NCBI RefSeq assembly: GCF_009834535.1
Contig: NC_045697.1
Coordinates: 2,048,001 to 2,112,000 of the forward strand
Source: Camelus ferus
Lineage: Eukaryota
Direction: 5' to 3'
Length of the DNA: 64,000 bases
Shown: piece after piece, positions 1-11,572 of the stretch
Layout of the letters: the number at the start of each line of letters is the position of its first letter
Position numbering within the stretch: position 1 is the first letter of the stretch
The notes under the pieces: model-generated
Told to the model about the DNA's origin: nothing
The model's input: only the letters and a program-made list of their open reading frames with translations
Database searches by the model: none
Made by a program: the position numbers and the translations under genes

Positions 1-246
1 TTCACTTTGATGTATCATAAAGTAACTTTACTTAAACATGCATCCCATGTGATAGCGTCTCCATCATCCTTGAAGCTGCCCCTGGCGTCATCTAATGATA
101 TACTTTCCATTTTCTTTAGTTCTTTCACTTTTTTGGTGCATTTATGTAAATTACTTTGAATTATGCTTCTGTTACTGGAAACTTTATTCCAAGACATGAG
201 AATGTATCCTGAGAACTTTGAAACAGTTATTTTAAAAACATACACT

Positions 247-2396
247 GGAAATCAACTACAGAGAAACAAAGGAGATAAAAAGGAAAGCATGGAGATTAAA
301 CAACATGCTATTAAAAAACCAGTGGGTCGATGATGAAATCAAAGTTGAAACTAAAAAACACCTTGAGACAAATGGAAATGAAAACACAACCACGCAGAAT
401 TTATGGGACACAACAAAGGCAGTGCTAAGAGGGAAGTTTACAGCGATACAGGCCTTCCTCAAAAAATAAGAACAATCTCAAATAAACAATTTAACCCACC
501 AGCCAAAAGAATTAGAAAAAGAAGGGAAAAAAACCCAAAAAGGCAGCAGAAAGAAGGAAATAATAAAGATCAGGGAGGAAATAAATAAAATAGAGATTAA
601 AAAACAATAAAAAAATCAATCAAACCAAAAGCTGGTTTTTTGAAAAATAAAATCGACAAACCTCTGGCCAAACCCACAAAGAAGAAAAAAGAGAGAGCAC
701 AAATAAGAAAAATAAGAAAGGAAAATGGAGAAATTACAACAAATAACATAGAAATACAGAATATCATAAGAGAATATTATGAAAAACTATATGGAACCAA
801 ACTGGATAACCTAGAGGAGATGGACAAGTTTCTGGAAACATACAGTCCACCAGGACTGAACCAAGAAGAAACTGACCACTTAACAAGCTGATCACTGGAA
901 ATGAAATCGAATTAGCAATAAAAAACCTCCCTACAAATTAAAGTCCAGGGCCGGACGGCTTCACCGGGGAATTCTACCAAACATACAAAGAAGAACTCAT
1001 ACCAGTCCTTCTCAAACTCTTCCAGAAGATTGAAAAGGAAGGAATACTCCCAAACTCATTCTATAAGCCACCATGACCCTGATAGCAAAACCAGGCAAAG
1101 ACACTACCAAAAAAGAGAATTACAGACCAATATCACTGATGAACGCGAAAATCCTCAACAAAATATTAGCAAATAGAACCCAACAGCACATAAAAAAGAT
1201 TATACATCATGACCAAGTGGGGTTCATCCCAAGGACACAAGGGTGGTTCAACACACGCAAATCAATCAATGTAATACATCACATCAACAAGAGAAAGGAC
1301 AAAAACCACATGATCATCTCAATCGATGCAGAAAAAGCTTTTGATAAAATTCAACACCCATTTATGATAAAAACTCTCGCCAAAGTGGGTATAGAGGGAA
1401 CATATCTCAACATAATAAAAGCTATATATGACAAACCTACAGCCAGCATAGTACTCAACGGTGAAACACTCAAAAGCTTCTCACTAAAATCTGGGACAAG
1501 ATGAGGCTGCCCACTATCACCACTCCTATTCAACATAGTCTTGGAAGTCCTAGCCACAGCAATCAGACAAGAGAGAGAAATAAAAGGGATCCAAATTGGA
1601 AAAGAAGAGGTAAAAGTGTCACTATATGCCGACGACATGTTACCATATATAGAAAACCCTAAAAGGTCCACACAAAACCTACTAGAGCTGATCGAAGAAT
1701 TCAGCAAGGTAGCAGGTTACAAGATTAACGTTCAAAAATCAGTTGCATTTCTTTACACTAACGATGAATCAACAGAAAAAGAAAGTAAAGAAACAATCTC
1801 CTTTAAAATAGCACCCAAAGTAATAAAATACCTAGGAGTCAATCTAACCAAGGAGGTGAAAGAATTACACACAGAAAACTATAAACCATTGATGAAGGAA
1901 AGTAAAGAAGACTTTAAAAAATGGAAAGATATCCCATGCTCCTGGATTGGAAGAATCAATATTGTTAAAATGGTCACACTGCCCAAGGCAATCTGCAGAT
2001 TTAATGCAATCCCTATCAAATTACCCAGGACATATTTCACAGAACTAGAACAAATCATAATAAAATTTATATGGAACCAGAAAAGACCTAGAATTGCCAA
2101 AGCATTACTGAAGAGAAAGAAAGAGGCTGGAGGAATAACTCTCCCAGACTTCAGACAATACTACAGAGCTGCAGTCATCAAGACAGCATGGTATTGGTAC
2201 AAAAACAGACATATGGACAAATGGAACAGAAAAGAGAGCCCAGCAATGAACCCACAAACTTTTGGTCAATAATCTTCAACAAAGGAGACAAGAATATACA
2301 ATGGAATAAAGACAGCCTCTTCAGCAAATGGTGCTGGGAAAACTGGACAGCAGCATGTAAATCAATGAAGCTAGAACACTCCCTTACACCACACAC
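247..2396 (+). mobile_element. Young L1 ORF2 fragment (end of endonuclease region through RT domain), truncated at both ends, flanked by a 12-bp TSD
   Basis: ORFs 640-891, 1073-1504 and 1541-2272 read as L1 ORF2p ([22 protein letters not shown] at 1625-1636, [18 protein letters not shown]). Broken by stops (TAA 939-941, TGA 1502-1504) and frameshifts. AAAACATACACT at 235-246 and 2397-2408. No poly(A) tail. Confidence 0.95.
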
Positions 2397-2699
2397 AAAA
2401 CATACACTCCTTAAAAAGCATGTTCTATTATATTTTAGATCTTCACAATATAATCACTTACTGTATTGCTTTTTAAAGTGATCTTTAAAGGGTTTTGTGC
2501 AGAACGCAGTCCTCACAGCGGGGCTGCCTGCTGTCCTCCAAGAGGCCCGGGTGCGAGGCTGGCGCTGGGCTGGCGCTCCGGGGCTTGGATGTCGGGAGGG
2601 ATCCTGGCACCCTCACCGATGGGGAGGCCCCCTGGGCTCACCCGCTGAGCAGACACCCGCCCCTCAGGGGCTGGGGTTTGGTGTGTGTCCGCAGTGGGG

Positions 2700-2994
2700 C
2701 CCACAGGACCCGCCCCCGATAAGAGCCCTGGTGCTGAGTCTCTAAGGACCCTCCCTGGGGACAGCACTCCACATGTGCTGTCACAGTGTGTCACCAGGGG
2801 ACTGAGCATGGCTGGTGTGACTCCATGGGTCAGGGTTCTGGAAGCGGTGCCTGTTTCCTCTGGACCTCGCCCCGCCGGCCTCTCCATTCCCTGATTTTGC
2901 TGTGCAACCTCTCCCTGTGGTAAATCACGGCCCTGAGTGTTTGCGAGTCTTAGCGAGTCATCGAGCCTGGGGTGGTCTCTGGCACCCTGACACA
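2700..2994 (+). mobile_element. Degenerate ERVL-type LTR, MER21C-like 3' part
   Basis: Resembles the recalled MER21C 3' half (ctgagtctcta..., ctgattttgct..., gggggtggtct...gacaca end). 5' boundary uncertain. Confidence 0.65.
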
Positions 2995-3700
2995 GGTTCG
3001 TTTCAGTGACAACAAGTACCTTTCATTGGAAAGTCACCCCCCGGAACAACTGAGCATTAAATTCCTTTGCTCTTCCTGGCTGTTTCACCTGTTCTGTCCA
3101 GTGGCCTCTCTCGTATTTCACACTAATGTGTTTTGCACACACAGTGCATTGCTGAAAGTCAGTTACTTGAGGGAGGGTGGGAGATACCAGGGAAGGCAAG
3201 CCGACGCCCCTTTCTGGGGAGAAACTTCCCCTGGAGGGAGTTTGTGATCAGAGTTGGGGCTGGACCAGGGGTCACGCAGGTGCCTTTCCACCTGGTCTGC
3301 AGGCAGCCCTGCTTTCACTCGGACCTGCCCGCAGCTCAGATGGTGCTGCCCTCCGACCACATTCTGAGCTTGGGGTCTCCTCTCCATCCAGACAGGAAGG
3401 GAGCAGATTCCGCTGAGTCCCGTGCTCCTCAGGCCTGGGCTGGGATTAGCCTCAGTGAGCTCGGAGCTGGGAAGACAGCAGTCCTGGGAAATGTTCTATA
3501 CTGTGGAAGGAGACATCTTAGGCAGACTTCAAGATGTGGTGCACAGAGATACCACTGCTCCTTCACTCTGCCATTTGTGTGGTAGCCAGAGACTCTTCCT
3601 CCGACGGTTTCGTTGTGCACTGCCTTTTATGTTGGGTGGTGCTGGTAAGCAGCAGAAATGCGGGATCTCTAATAATGAGCTGTTTATTCTTCTTCCTCAG

Positions 3701-3798
3701 GGCGTTATTGCACGGAAATATGATAGCGTCACGCATTCCCCGCCCCACGGACCTGCTGGAATAATGAGCTGTGCTCCTGGTTGGGGAAGCACGCCGGG
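3701..3798 (+). other. RGS12: 5' UTR portion of the large RGS12 first coding exon
   Basis: Strong acceptor tttattcttcttcctcAG ending at 3700, then 98 nt before the ATG at 3799. Confidence 0.85.
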
Positions 3799-5679
3799 AT
3801 GTACAGAGCCGGGGACCCCGGGGAGCGTGCGCTGCTCGGGACAGCGCCCCCTCGCGTCAGGACCGTGGAGGTCGCCAGAGGGAGGGCGGGGTATGGATTC
3901 ACGCTCTCCGGCCAGGCGCCCTGTGTGCTCAGCTGTGTCATGAGAGGGAGCCCTGCTGATTTCGTGGGCCTCCGTGCCGGCGATCAGATATTTGCTGTCA
4001 ACGAGATCAATGTGAAGAAAGCGTCCCACGAAGACGTCGTGAAGTTAATCGGGAAGTGTTCGGGGGTCCTGCACATGGTGATTGGTGAAGGCATCGGCCA
4101 CCTGGAGTCCTGCTCCAGCGATGAGGAGGTGGGGTTTTATGAAGGAAAAGGCTGGCTGAAGCCCAAACTTGATTCTAAGGCCTTAGGTATAAACAGGGCA
4201 GAGAGAGTCGTTGAAGAGGTGCAGTCGGGAGGGATTTTCAATATGATCTTTGAAAGCCCGGGCCTTCGTGCCAGCAGTTCCGAGCCTCTGAAACTGAAAC
4301 AATGGTCCCTTTCGGAGTCAGCCACTGGGCAATTTGACCTTGAGCATGAAAGTATAAATGATCCGAATCCCAACCTGCTTTCTAAGGAGGAGACAGCGAA
4401 AGTGGTGCATGCCGATTCTGTTTTTGGTGTGGGACTGGAGAGCCACGAGGACTTTGGGGTGGACGCCAGCGTTCTGAACGTGGCCATGGTAGTGGGCTAC
4501 CTGGGCTCCATCGAGCTCCCATCCAGCGGCTGCAGCCTGGAGTCGGACAGTGTGCAGGCCATCCGGGGCTGCCTGCGGCGCCTGCGGGCCGAGCAGAGGA
4601 TCCATTCTCTGGTGACCATGAAGGTCATGCATGACTGTGTCCAGCTCTGCACCGACAAGGCTGCCGTCCTGGCCCGGTACCCGGCCGAGAGGCTGGCGTT
4701 CAGTGCCGTGTGCCCGGACGACCGGAGGTTTTTCGGACTGGTGACTGTGCAAACGGGCGATGATGGGAGCCTGGCGCAGGAGGAGGATGGCGCTCTGCGG
4801 ACATCCTGCCACGTGTTCATGGTGGACCCGGACCTGTTCAGTCACAAGATCCACCAGGGCATCGCCCGGCGCTTCGGGTTTGAGTGCACGGCTGACCCTG
4901 ACACCAATGGCTGCCTGGAGTTCCCCGCGTCCTCTCTCCCTGTCCTCCAGTTCATCTCCGTGCTGTACAGGGACATGGGCGAGCTGATCGAGGGGGTGCG
5001 GGCCCGGGCCTTTGTGGATGGGGACGCGGACGCCCACCAGAACACCAGCACCAGCAGCAACAGCGACAGTGGCATCGGCAACTTCCAGCACGAGGAGAGG
5101 AGCAGCCGGGTGCTGGTGGTGGACCTGGGTGCCGGCTCCAGCAGGCACGGCCCCAGCAGCAGCGCCTGGGAGGGCATGGGCACCAGGGGCTCCCAGCCCT
5201 GGGGCGCCTCCTGGAATGGGGCCTTCTGCCACGACCCTGAAGTGGGGCCCCCGTTTGAGGCCGCTCCGCAGGCTGACAGGTGCCGGGACTTTGGGAAGCA
5301 CCTCGGGCCCACGTCTCATGGGGAGGCGCCCCCCGCCTCCTTGCGGTGTTCGGTCCCCCCTTCCAAGAGGGGCGCCGGGGGCCCTGGCAGCAGTTTCAGC
5401 CAGCGGTGGCTCCCAGTCCATGTGCTGCAGGAGTGGCAGTGCGGCCACGCCAGCGACCAGGAGTCTTACACGGACTCCACGGACGGGTGGTCCAGCATCA
5501 ACTGCGGCACGCTGCCCCCTCCCATGAGCAAGATTCCGGCCGACCGCTACAGGGTGGAGGGCAGCCCCGCGCAGCCCCCGCCCAGCACCCAGAAGAGGGA
5601 CTGGGCCAGGAAGGCGCTCGGGATGCAGAACATTTTCGGTCACCACCGACACGTCAGAAAGACTAAGGAAGACACGAAG
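3799..5679 (+). CDS. RGS12: RGS12 first coding exon, 627 codons: N-terminal PDZ domain and PTB/PID domain
   Basis: MYRAGDPGERALLGTAPPRVRTVEVARGRAGYGFTLSGQAPCVLSC...RKTKEDTK is collinear with the RGS12 N-terminus. PDZ GYGF loop and PTB YLGS motif present. Ends at donor AAG|GTAAGC, phase 0, 1881 nt. Confidence 0.97.
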
Positions 5680-7282
5680 GTAAGCCTGTTGTTCGGAGAG
5701 GCTCAGTGAGCATGCGCGTGTTTCCTAACTGGGTCAGTCATGATGAAGCGACAGTGCCCTACTCCCGGGTTCCCAGGCCTGGCTTGCCCCCACCCTCTGC
5801 CCCCGGCTTCACAGCTTGTCTGCGTGGCTTTGAGGCTGCAGGCTCCTGCCTGCATGGGGGCCCTCGCCCCGAATCCGGTGGTGACTACCCACCCTTTCCT
5901 GTCCCTGTGGCCCCTTTTCGTCTCTGGCCCCAGTGGCCGAGGCAGCCTGCCCTCATGAGGTGAGAAAATTCCCGAAGAAGACTGTTCACTTCGGGACAGG
6001 GCGTGTCACCTTGGTGTCAATCCTTGCTGTTTCCCTCATTGAGAAAATCCTACTACGAGAAAAACGCTGGCCGAAGTCAGCTGTGGCTGGCGGCTGGAGT
6101 GTCGGACAGTGGGGCACACGCTGGTGTAGCACCACCCCAGACGCCCTCGCCCCACCAGGGCGCCTTGGGGCCCGGCTCCCCCCAACCCCAGCTTAGTTCA
6201 GAGCCGAGGTGGGTGGAGGGAGCTGCTGTGGGGGCGGGGGGCTCGGCTCAGCAGGAGGCAGGCTGTGGTCAGGCAGAGGAGGGGGTGGCGCTGTTTGGAA
6301 CAAGGATGGATCTGCGGGGTGGGGAGGGGTGAGGGGGGCGGGACTGGCTGGCACTTAACTCAACTGGTTTGAGAGGAACTGTTCTCAGAGGATTTTTGTG
6401 ATTTAAAACACCTTTTCTGTGTGTGTTCACATTTTTGTTCTCAGTAGCCGCAGCTCTCTCGAGAAAACCCTCCCTGGGCCACTGGCTGGTTGGGGTGGGG
6501 TCAGAGGTGGAGGAAGGCTTTGGGGCTGGGGCTGCAGAGTCTGATGAATGTTCCGTCTGAGAGCCCTCCCTTTCCCAAGGCTTGTTATTTTTCATTATAA
6601 AGCATACTCAAAGAAAGCTAAAGGTGGAGGAAAGGACAGATGTCCCATTGTTTGCCTCCCCAGACGACCGTGAAACAGTGCAATGTATCTAAGCATAGGT
6701 TTTCGCTTTTATAAACATGGTTGTAATCATATGGTTTTGACTGAATTCCTGAGCTGGCCGGGCTAGCAGGAGTCCTGGCCCGTGTGCAGCCTCCCGCCAG
6801 TTCCCGCAGTCCCAGCCGCACAGGCTGGGGTCTCCTTCCAGAGTGTTCCCCCCGGGCCACCTGCTTCAGCCTGGGCTTGCCTGTTCAGTGGGGGGGGGGG
6901 GGGGCGGGGGCGGCGGCCCTGGAAGGTGGCAGAAATGCTCTGTGAAACTGGGGAGTTCACTGCCTCTTTGAGTGCATGTCCCGCAAGTGACTTTTCTCCA
7001 TTGCCACGGCGTAAGTGAGTAATCAAACGCTGAAGGAGCGACGGCGTTTGCGCGGTTCTCCCCGGACTGCAGCGCGCCCTCCGGCCTGTTCGCCAGAGTA
7101 GGAAGCGCCCCGCCTGTGCCCCGTAGAGCACTGCACGGCTTCACACCCCTGGCGACGGGGTTCTGAGCTCAGGAGCTCCCTGGTCTCCGGGTGAGCTGAC
7201 CAGTCCTCGAGGGGTTAAGTGACTTGTCTGAGGTTCAACTGTCAGGATTAAGCAGGTTCATGATTCAAGTCTTGGGCTTCTT

Positions 7283-8700
7283 TTTTTCTTTTAAGACTTT
7301 ATTTTTTAGAGCAGTTTTAGGTTTAAAACAATTGAAAGCAAGGCACAGAGATTTCCCACATACCTTCTACCCTCAGACACACACAGCCTCCCCCGCCATC
7401 AGCACCCCCACCAGAGGGCGCCTGTGTCACAGCCAGCGAACCTGCACTGACAGGTCGTCGCCCGGAATCTGCGGTTCACGATGGGTCACTCTTGGTGCCG
7501 TGCATCCTGTGGGTGTGGACAAGCGTGTACCATGTGTCCACCGCTACAGGGTCACAGAGTCGTGTCACTGCCCTAAACATCCTCTTTGCCTGCCTGTTCT
7601 CCCCCCCAGCCCCGGTGGTCTCTTCACTCTCCCCGTAGTTTCATGTTTTCCAGAATGTCACAGAGTCAGAATCCGACAGTCTGCAGCCTTTTCAGACGGG
7701 CTCTGTCACTTAGGAATCTACATTTAAGGTTCCTCCGTGTCTTTTCATGCCGTGTCAGCTCATTTCTCTTTAGTGCTGAATAACATTCCACTGTCTGGAG
7801 GGACCACAGTTTATTTATCCATCACCTGCTGAAGGGCATCTTGGCTGCTTCCAGGTTCTGGCAATGACGAATAAAACTGCTGTAAACATCTGTGTGCGGG
7901 TTTTCGTGTGGACGTAAGTTTCCAGCTCCTTTGGGTGAGTACCAAGGAGCCCAACTGCTGGATCACATGGTAAGACTATGTTTAGTTTTGTAGGAGACCG
8001 TCCTCTGAAGTGGCTGCACCACTGCGTTCCCAGCAGCCATGATAAACGTTCCTTTTGTCCCACATTTTGGCTCCCATTTGGTGGTGTCAGTGTTCAGGGG
8101 TTTCGCTCGTGTTCCAGGTGTGTAGTGGTGTCTTACTGTTTTAATTTGCATTTCCTTGGGATGTATGGTGCTGAACGTCTTCTCATATGCTTGCTTGTCA
8201 AACCTGTGTATCTTCTTTGGTAAAACGTCTGTTAAGACCTTGGGTCTATTTTTCAATCAGATTGTTTTCTTATGGTTGAATTTTACGAGCTCTTTGTGTA
8301 TTCGGGGTGTTAGTCCTTTATCAGATGTGTCTTCTGCAAACGTTTTCTCCTGGTCTGTGGCTGTCTTTCCACTCTCTTGATGTTGCCTTTTGCGGAGCAG
8401 ACGTTTTACTTTTAGTGAAGTCCAGGTTATCAAGGCTTTCTTCCATGGATGTTTGTACCTGCAGAGGCGTCCCCCAGCCCGAGGCCACCGAGGTTTCTCC
8501 TGTGCTACTGGCTAGGAGTTTCGTGGTTTTAAATTTTACGTCCAGATCTGTGATCCATTCTGAGTTACTGTTCTGAAGGGTGTAAGGTCTATGTCCAGGT
8601 TCGCTTGCTTTGCATACGCGTGTCCTGCGGTTCCAGCACCATTTGTGGAGGAGACAGTCTTTGCTCCTTTGTTAAAGATCCGCTGACTGTTCTTAGGAGG
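7283..8700 (-). mobile_element. Old L1 (L1MC-like) 3' end, with 14-bp TSD
   Basis: Antisense L1MC-type 3' UTR (tttagagcagttttaggt...) plus ORF2 C-terminal remnant (ORF 7815-8063: CTQMF-like TRTQMFTAVLFVIARTWKQPRCPS). GTCTTGGGCTTCTT at 7269-7282 and 8701-8714. Confidence 0.85.
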
Positions 8701-10189
8701 GTCTTGGGCTTCTTCTTAATGTTCTTTTACCTTGAACAAAAATGTAGTGAGAACGCAGGTATTTGCTGTTAGTGCTCTAACACCGTAACGAAAGAATGCG
8801 ATACAGAGTGGAACCGGTGTGTCTCTCATGTTGGAAGAGAGCAGTATTTATCCGAACGGCGTCTGCTCACTGTCCACAGTACATTTCCTTATTTGACCCG
8901 GATGGGGATTCTGTGAGCTCACCATCTTACTCACAAGGAAGGAAGGTTTATACACATCAAACGACTTGCCCACAGTCAGGTGGAGTTCCTTTTGTAATGT
9001 GATGGGACACGCAATTGACCTAAAAACAAGTAGTAATAAAGTGTGTTTCCTTGCGTTGCAGCCGCAATCCCTTGAAGTGTGTCCATTGCTCTTTACTCTG
9101 CTAAGCGGGGTCCCCTGTGTTACTAGCGCAGTCTAACCCCACAGCCCTCGCTGAGCGGCAGAAGCTTCCCAGGGTCCTGAGGCGGGTCTTCTGGTGTGCC
9201 TCCTGGCCCGGCCTCAGCTGCCTGGGGGCTAGTCAGGATGAGCAGAGGACAGGCCAAGAGGGAGCACGTGCCTGGAGAGGGGAGAGGAAGAGGCCTTAGG
9301 AGGGGGACGGGGAGATGCCAACAGTCGTGGAGTGTCCGAAGTGACTGTGAACTCTTCTCCGTGGTGACAGTGGCTTCAGGGTCTTACTCTGTGCAGTCAG
9401 GATGCATCAGGAGATGGAAAACACATCTGATTTGCACAGGAGAAGGTGGTGTGAGGAATCATTAACTAGACCAAAGGAGCACTAGTGGGACCCGAGGAGG
9501 TCGCAGCAGAGGGGGAGGGAGGGAAGGCAGACGAGGAGGAGACTTTGTCAGCACAGAGAGGAGGAGGCCGGTGGGGCTGAGCGTGAGGGCTGCCAGGGCA
9601 CGGCCGGCGAGGAGGGTGCTGTCGGGACATTGCAGTCCACCCCTGCTGCCCGACAAGGGCCAGCGCAGCCCCCTGTGGGCAGAGGTGCTGTCAAGTCTGC
9701 AAGGCCCAGCTCCAGCGTCCGATGCCGGCAGAGAGGGGTGGGCTTGGCGCTTAATGATGAGAGAGTCTCGGACGCCTGGCTCAGCACAGCTTACAGCACT
9801 CCCTCTGCACCTGTGAGCTGACCTTTGCGCAGCGGAGACGGAAACTTCAACAGGGCACACGGCCCGCTTCTGTGCCACAGGGGAGACACGCGCTCCCGGC
9901 CATCAGGGTCCCGGCCATCGTCCTTCTTGCTGTTTGTTGTTCCTGTTTGTTTAGTGGCTTTTCTGAGCAAATTCTGCCAAGTGTATGTATTCTTTGTTGT
10001 GTGTGGCCGCAAGGTGTCTGCTTGGTTCGCTTAGTGGTCAGCTGGTGACGGGACAGAGACTTCCTTAGAGGCCGGTCTGTCTCCCGGTCCTTGCCAAGGG
10101 GCCCTGTGTGTGCGGACCTGCCTTCGGTGCTCAGCCAGGGCCTCCAGGTCAACCTGGGGTGGGCGCCAGAGCCTCCGTGGGGCCGCCCT

Positions 10190-10216
10190 GGGCACGGGCA
10201 CGGGCACGGGCACGGC
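10190..10216 (+). repeat. (GGGCAC)4 tandem repeat, canonical G-quadruplex motif
   Basis: Four perfect GGGCAC units seen directly. Confidence 0.9.
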
Positions 10217-11074
10217 CCTGCATGGGGAACCCTCCGGAGCTTTCAGACCCCCAGTGGACGTCTCATTCCTCCGCTGCTTTTAAGTTGGCCTTAGCTGCCT
10301 GTGCCCCTGAGGGGTGTGGCCTGTGTCCAGTGGGGTGGCTCTGGCCTGGAAGCCCTGGGAGCTCTGGTCCACCTAATGCCAGACCTGGGGTGGGGCCCCT
10401 GCCAGGCCGTCCTTCCCTTAGGCACCCTCTCTCTCGGCCCTGGGCTGGTCTTCAGTGGCCTCTGCGTGTTTATGGCTGCTTCCATGTTGTCACCGACAAC
10501 TCTGCCTTAAATGTTCCCTTTGAAATTCCTGGCATGCAGCCTCTCTCAATTCTGTGTGCGAAAGAAAGCCAGCAGTCAGAAGGACTCTGCACTGAGTTCA
10601 GGCATGAGCTGTTCTCTGAGTCCTATCAGGCCTGTGTCCAGACAGTCACCTTGTCACTACACTTCTCCACCGGCACTTTGTCACTGTCTCTTGGTCTTTG
10701 TACCCCAAGCTCAATCCAGACCTCGGGCCCCTGGAGCCCCTCCCTCCCGTGAGGGGAAAAGCCAGAGTGGGGGCCCACTTTCCCCAAGCCCGCCCGTCCA
10801 GGTTGACACCTCTCCGCCTCGGGCCTTTTCATTCTGCTGGTCAGGGGGCAGTTTATAGGAGTCAGTGCTCTTCTGGTGACTCCCAAAGCTCTGGCTCCCA
10901 ACGCACGACCCAGGCAGTGCCCGTGAAGCGGACTCACTCTCATCAGCTGTCTCCTCGTTGGGGAGATTGGAGCGGGTAGCTGGGAGCCCATCACTTGGGG
11001 ACTTGGCCGAATTTAGGGAACTGTTGACGAGAGTTAAGTAATGTCTGTACACGGATGATTTTCCACGTTGTTTG

Positions 11075-11572
11075 CTTTGCTTTGCTTTCTACTTAACGTC
11101 TACAGCCAGCAGAAGGAGAAGTTGGTGCTAATGCAGATACAGCTTAAAGTCTGCGAGTACCACACGGGACTGATGAGAGAGAAGTCCGTGCTCTTGAAAT
11201 GCCGTCTGTATCGTCAAAAATGATTCAGTTATGTTCAACTTGAACGAAGGCTGTTAGGGTTCTGCTTCTTTGAAAATTGACGCTCTAAGAACATTATTAA
11301 CTAAAATATCTGGTTAAGTAGCAAAAATCCACATTCTTAAACTTTACACATAGTGGATTTTGGAAAATTTTTAAATGAAAAGATATTATAACATATAAAG
11401 GATTTTTGTCATCTTGAAATGAATTAATAAATATTTTAAAATTTCTCGGTTTAATTTTTAATATGAAAAATATTCATAGATGAAACCCACAAAAACAAAA
11501 GACCTCTGGGGTCCTCAGGAGTTTTTCAGGAGTGCAGACACCCCGAGACGCCGGTGTTTTAGGATGGCCGCC
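11075..11572. mobile_element. hAT-Charlie (Charlie1-like) DNA transposon remnant
   Basis: AT-rich block ending aacccacaaaaacaaaagacctctggggtcctcagg..., which resembles the recalled Charlie1a terminal region. Confidence 0.6.

Noticed and set aside
15..245. 76-aa minus-strand ORF next to the L1
   Set aside because: No recognisable family. It could be an old transposon remnant, but I cannot support that.
4318..5652. 444-aa ORF on the minus strand
   Set aside because: Antisense shadow of the GC3-rich RGS12 exon. Low-complexity composition and no recognisable domain.
3781..5709. 642-aa ORF as a complete single-exon gene
   Set aside because: The track starts at a TTG. The real start is ATG 3799, and the last 9 residues are intron read-through past the GT donor at 5680.
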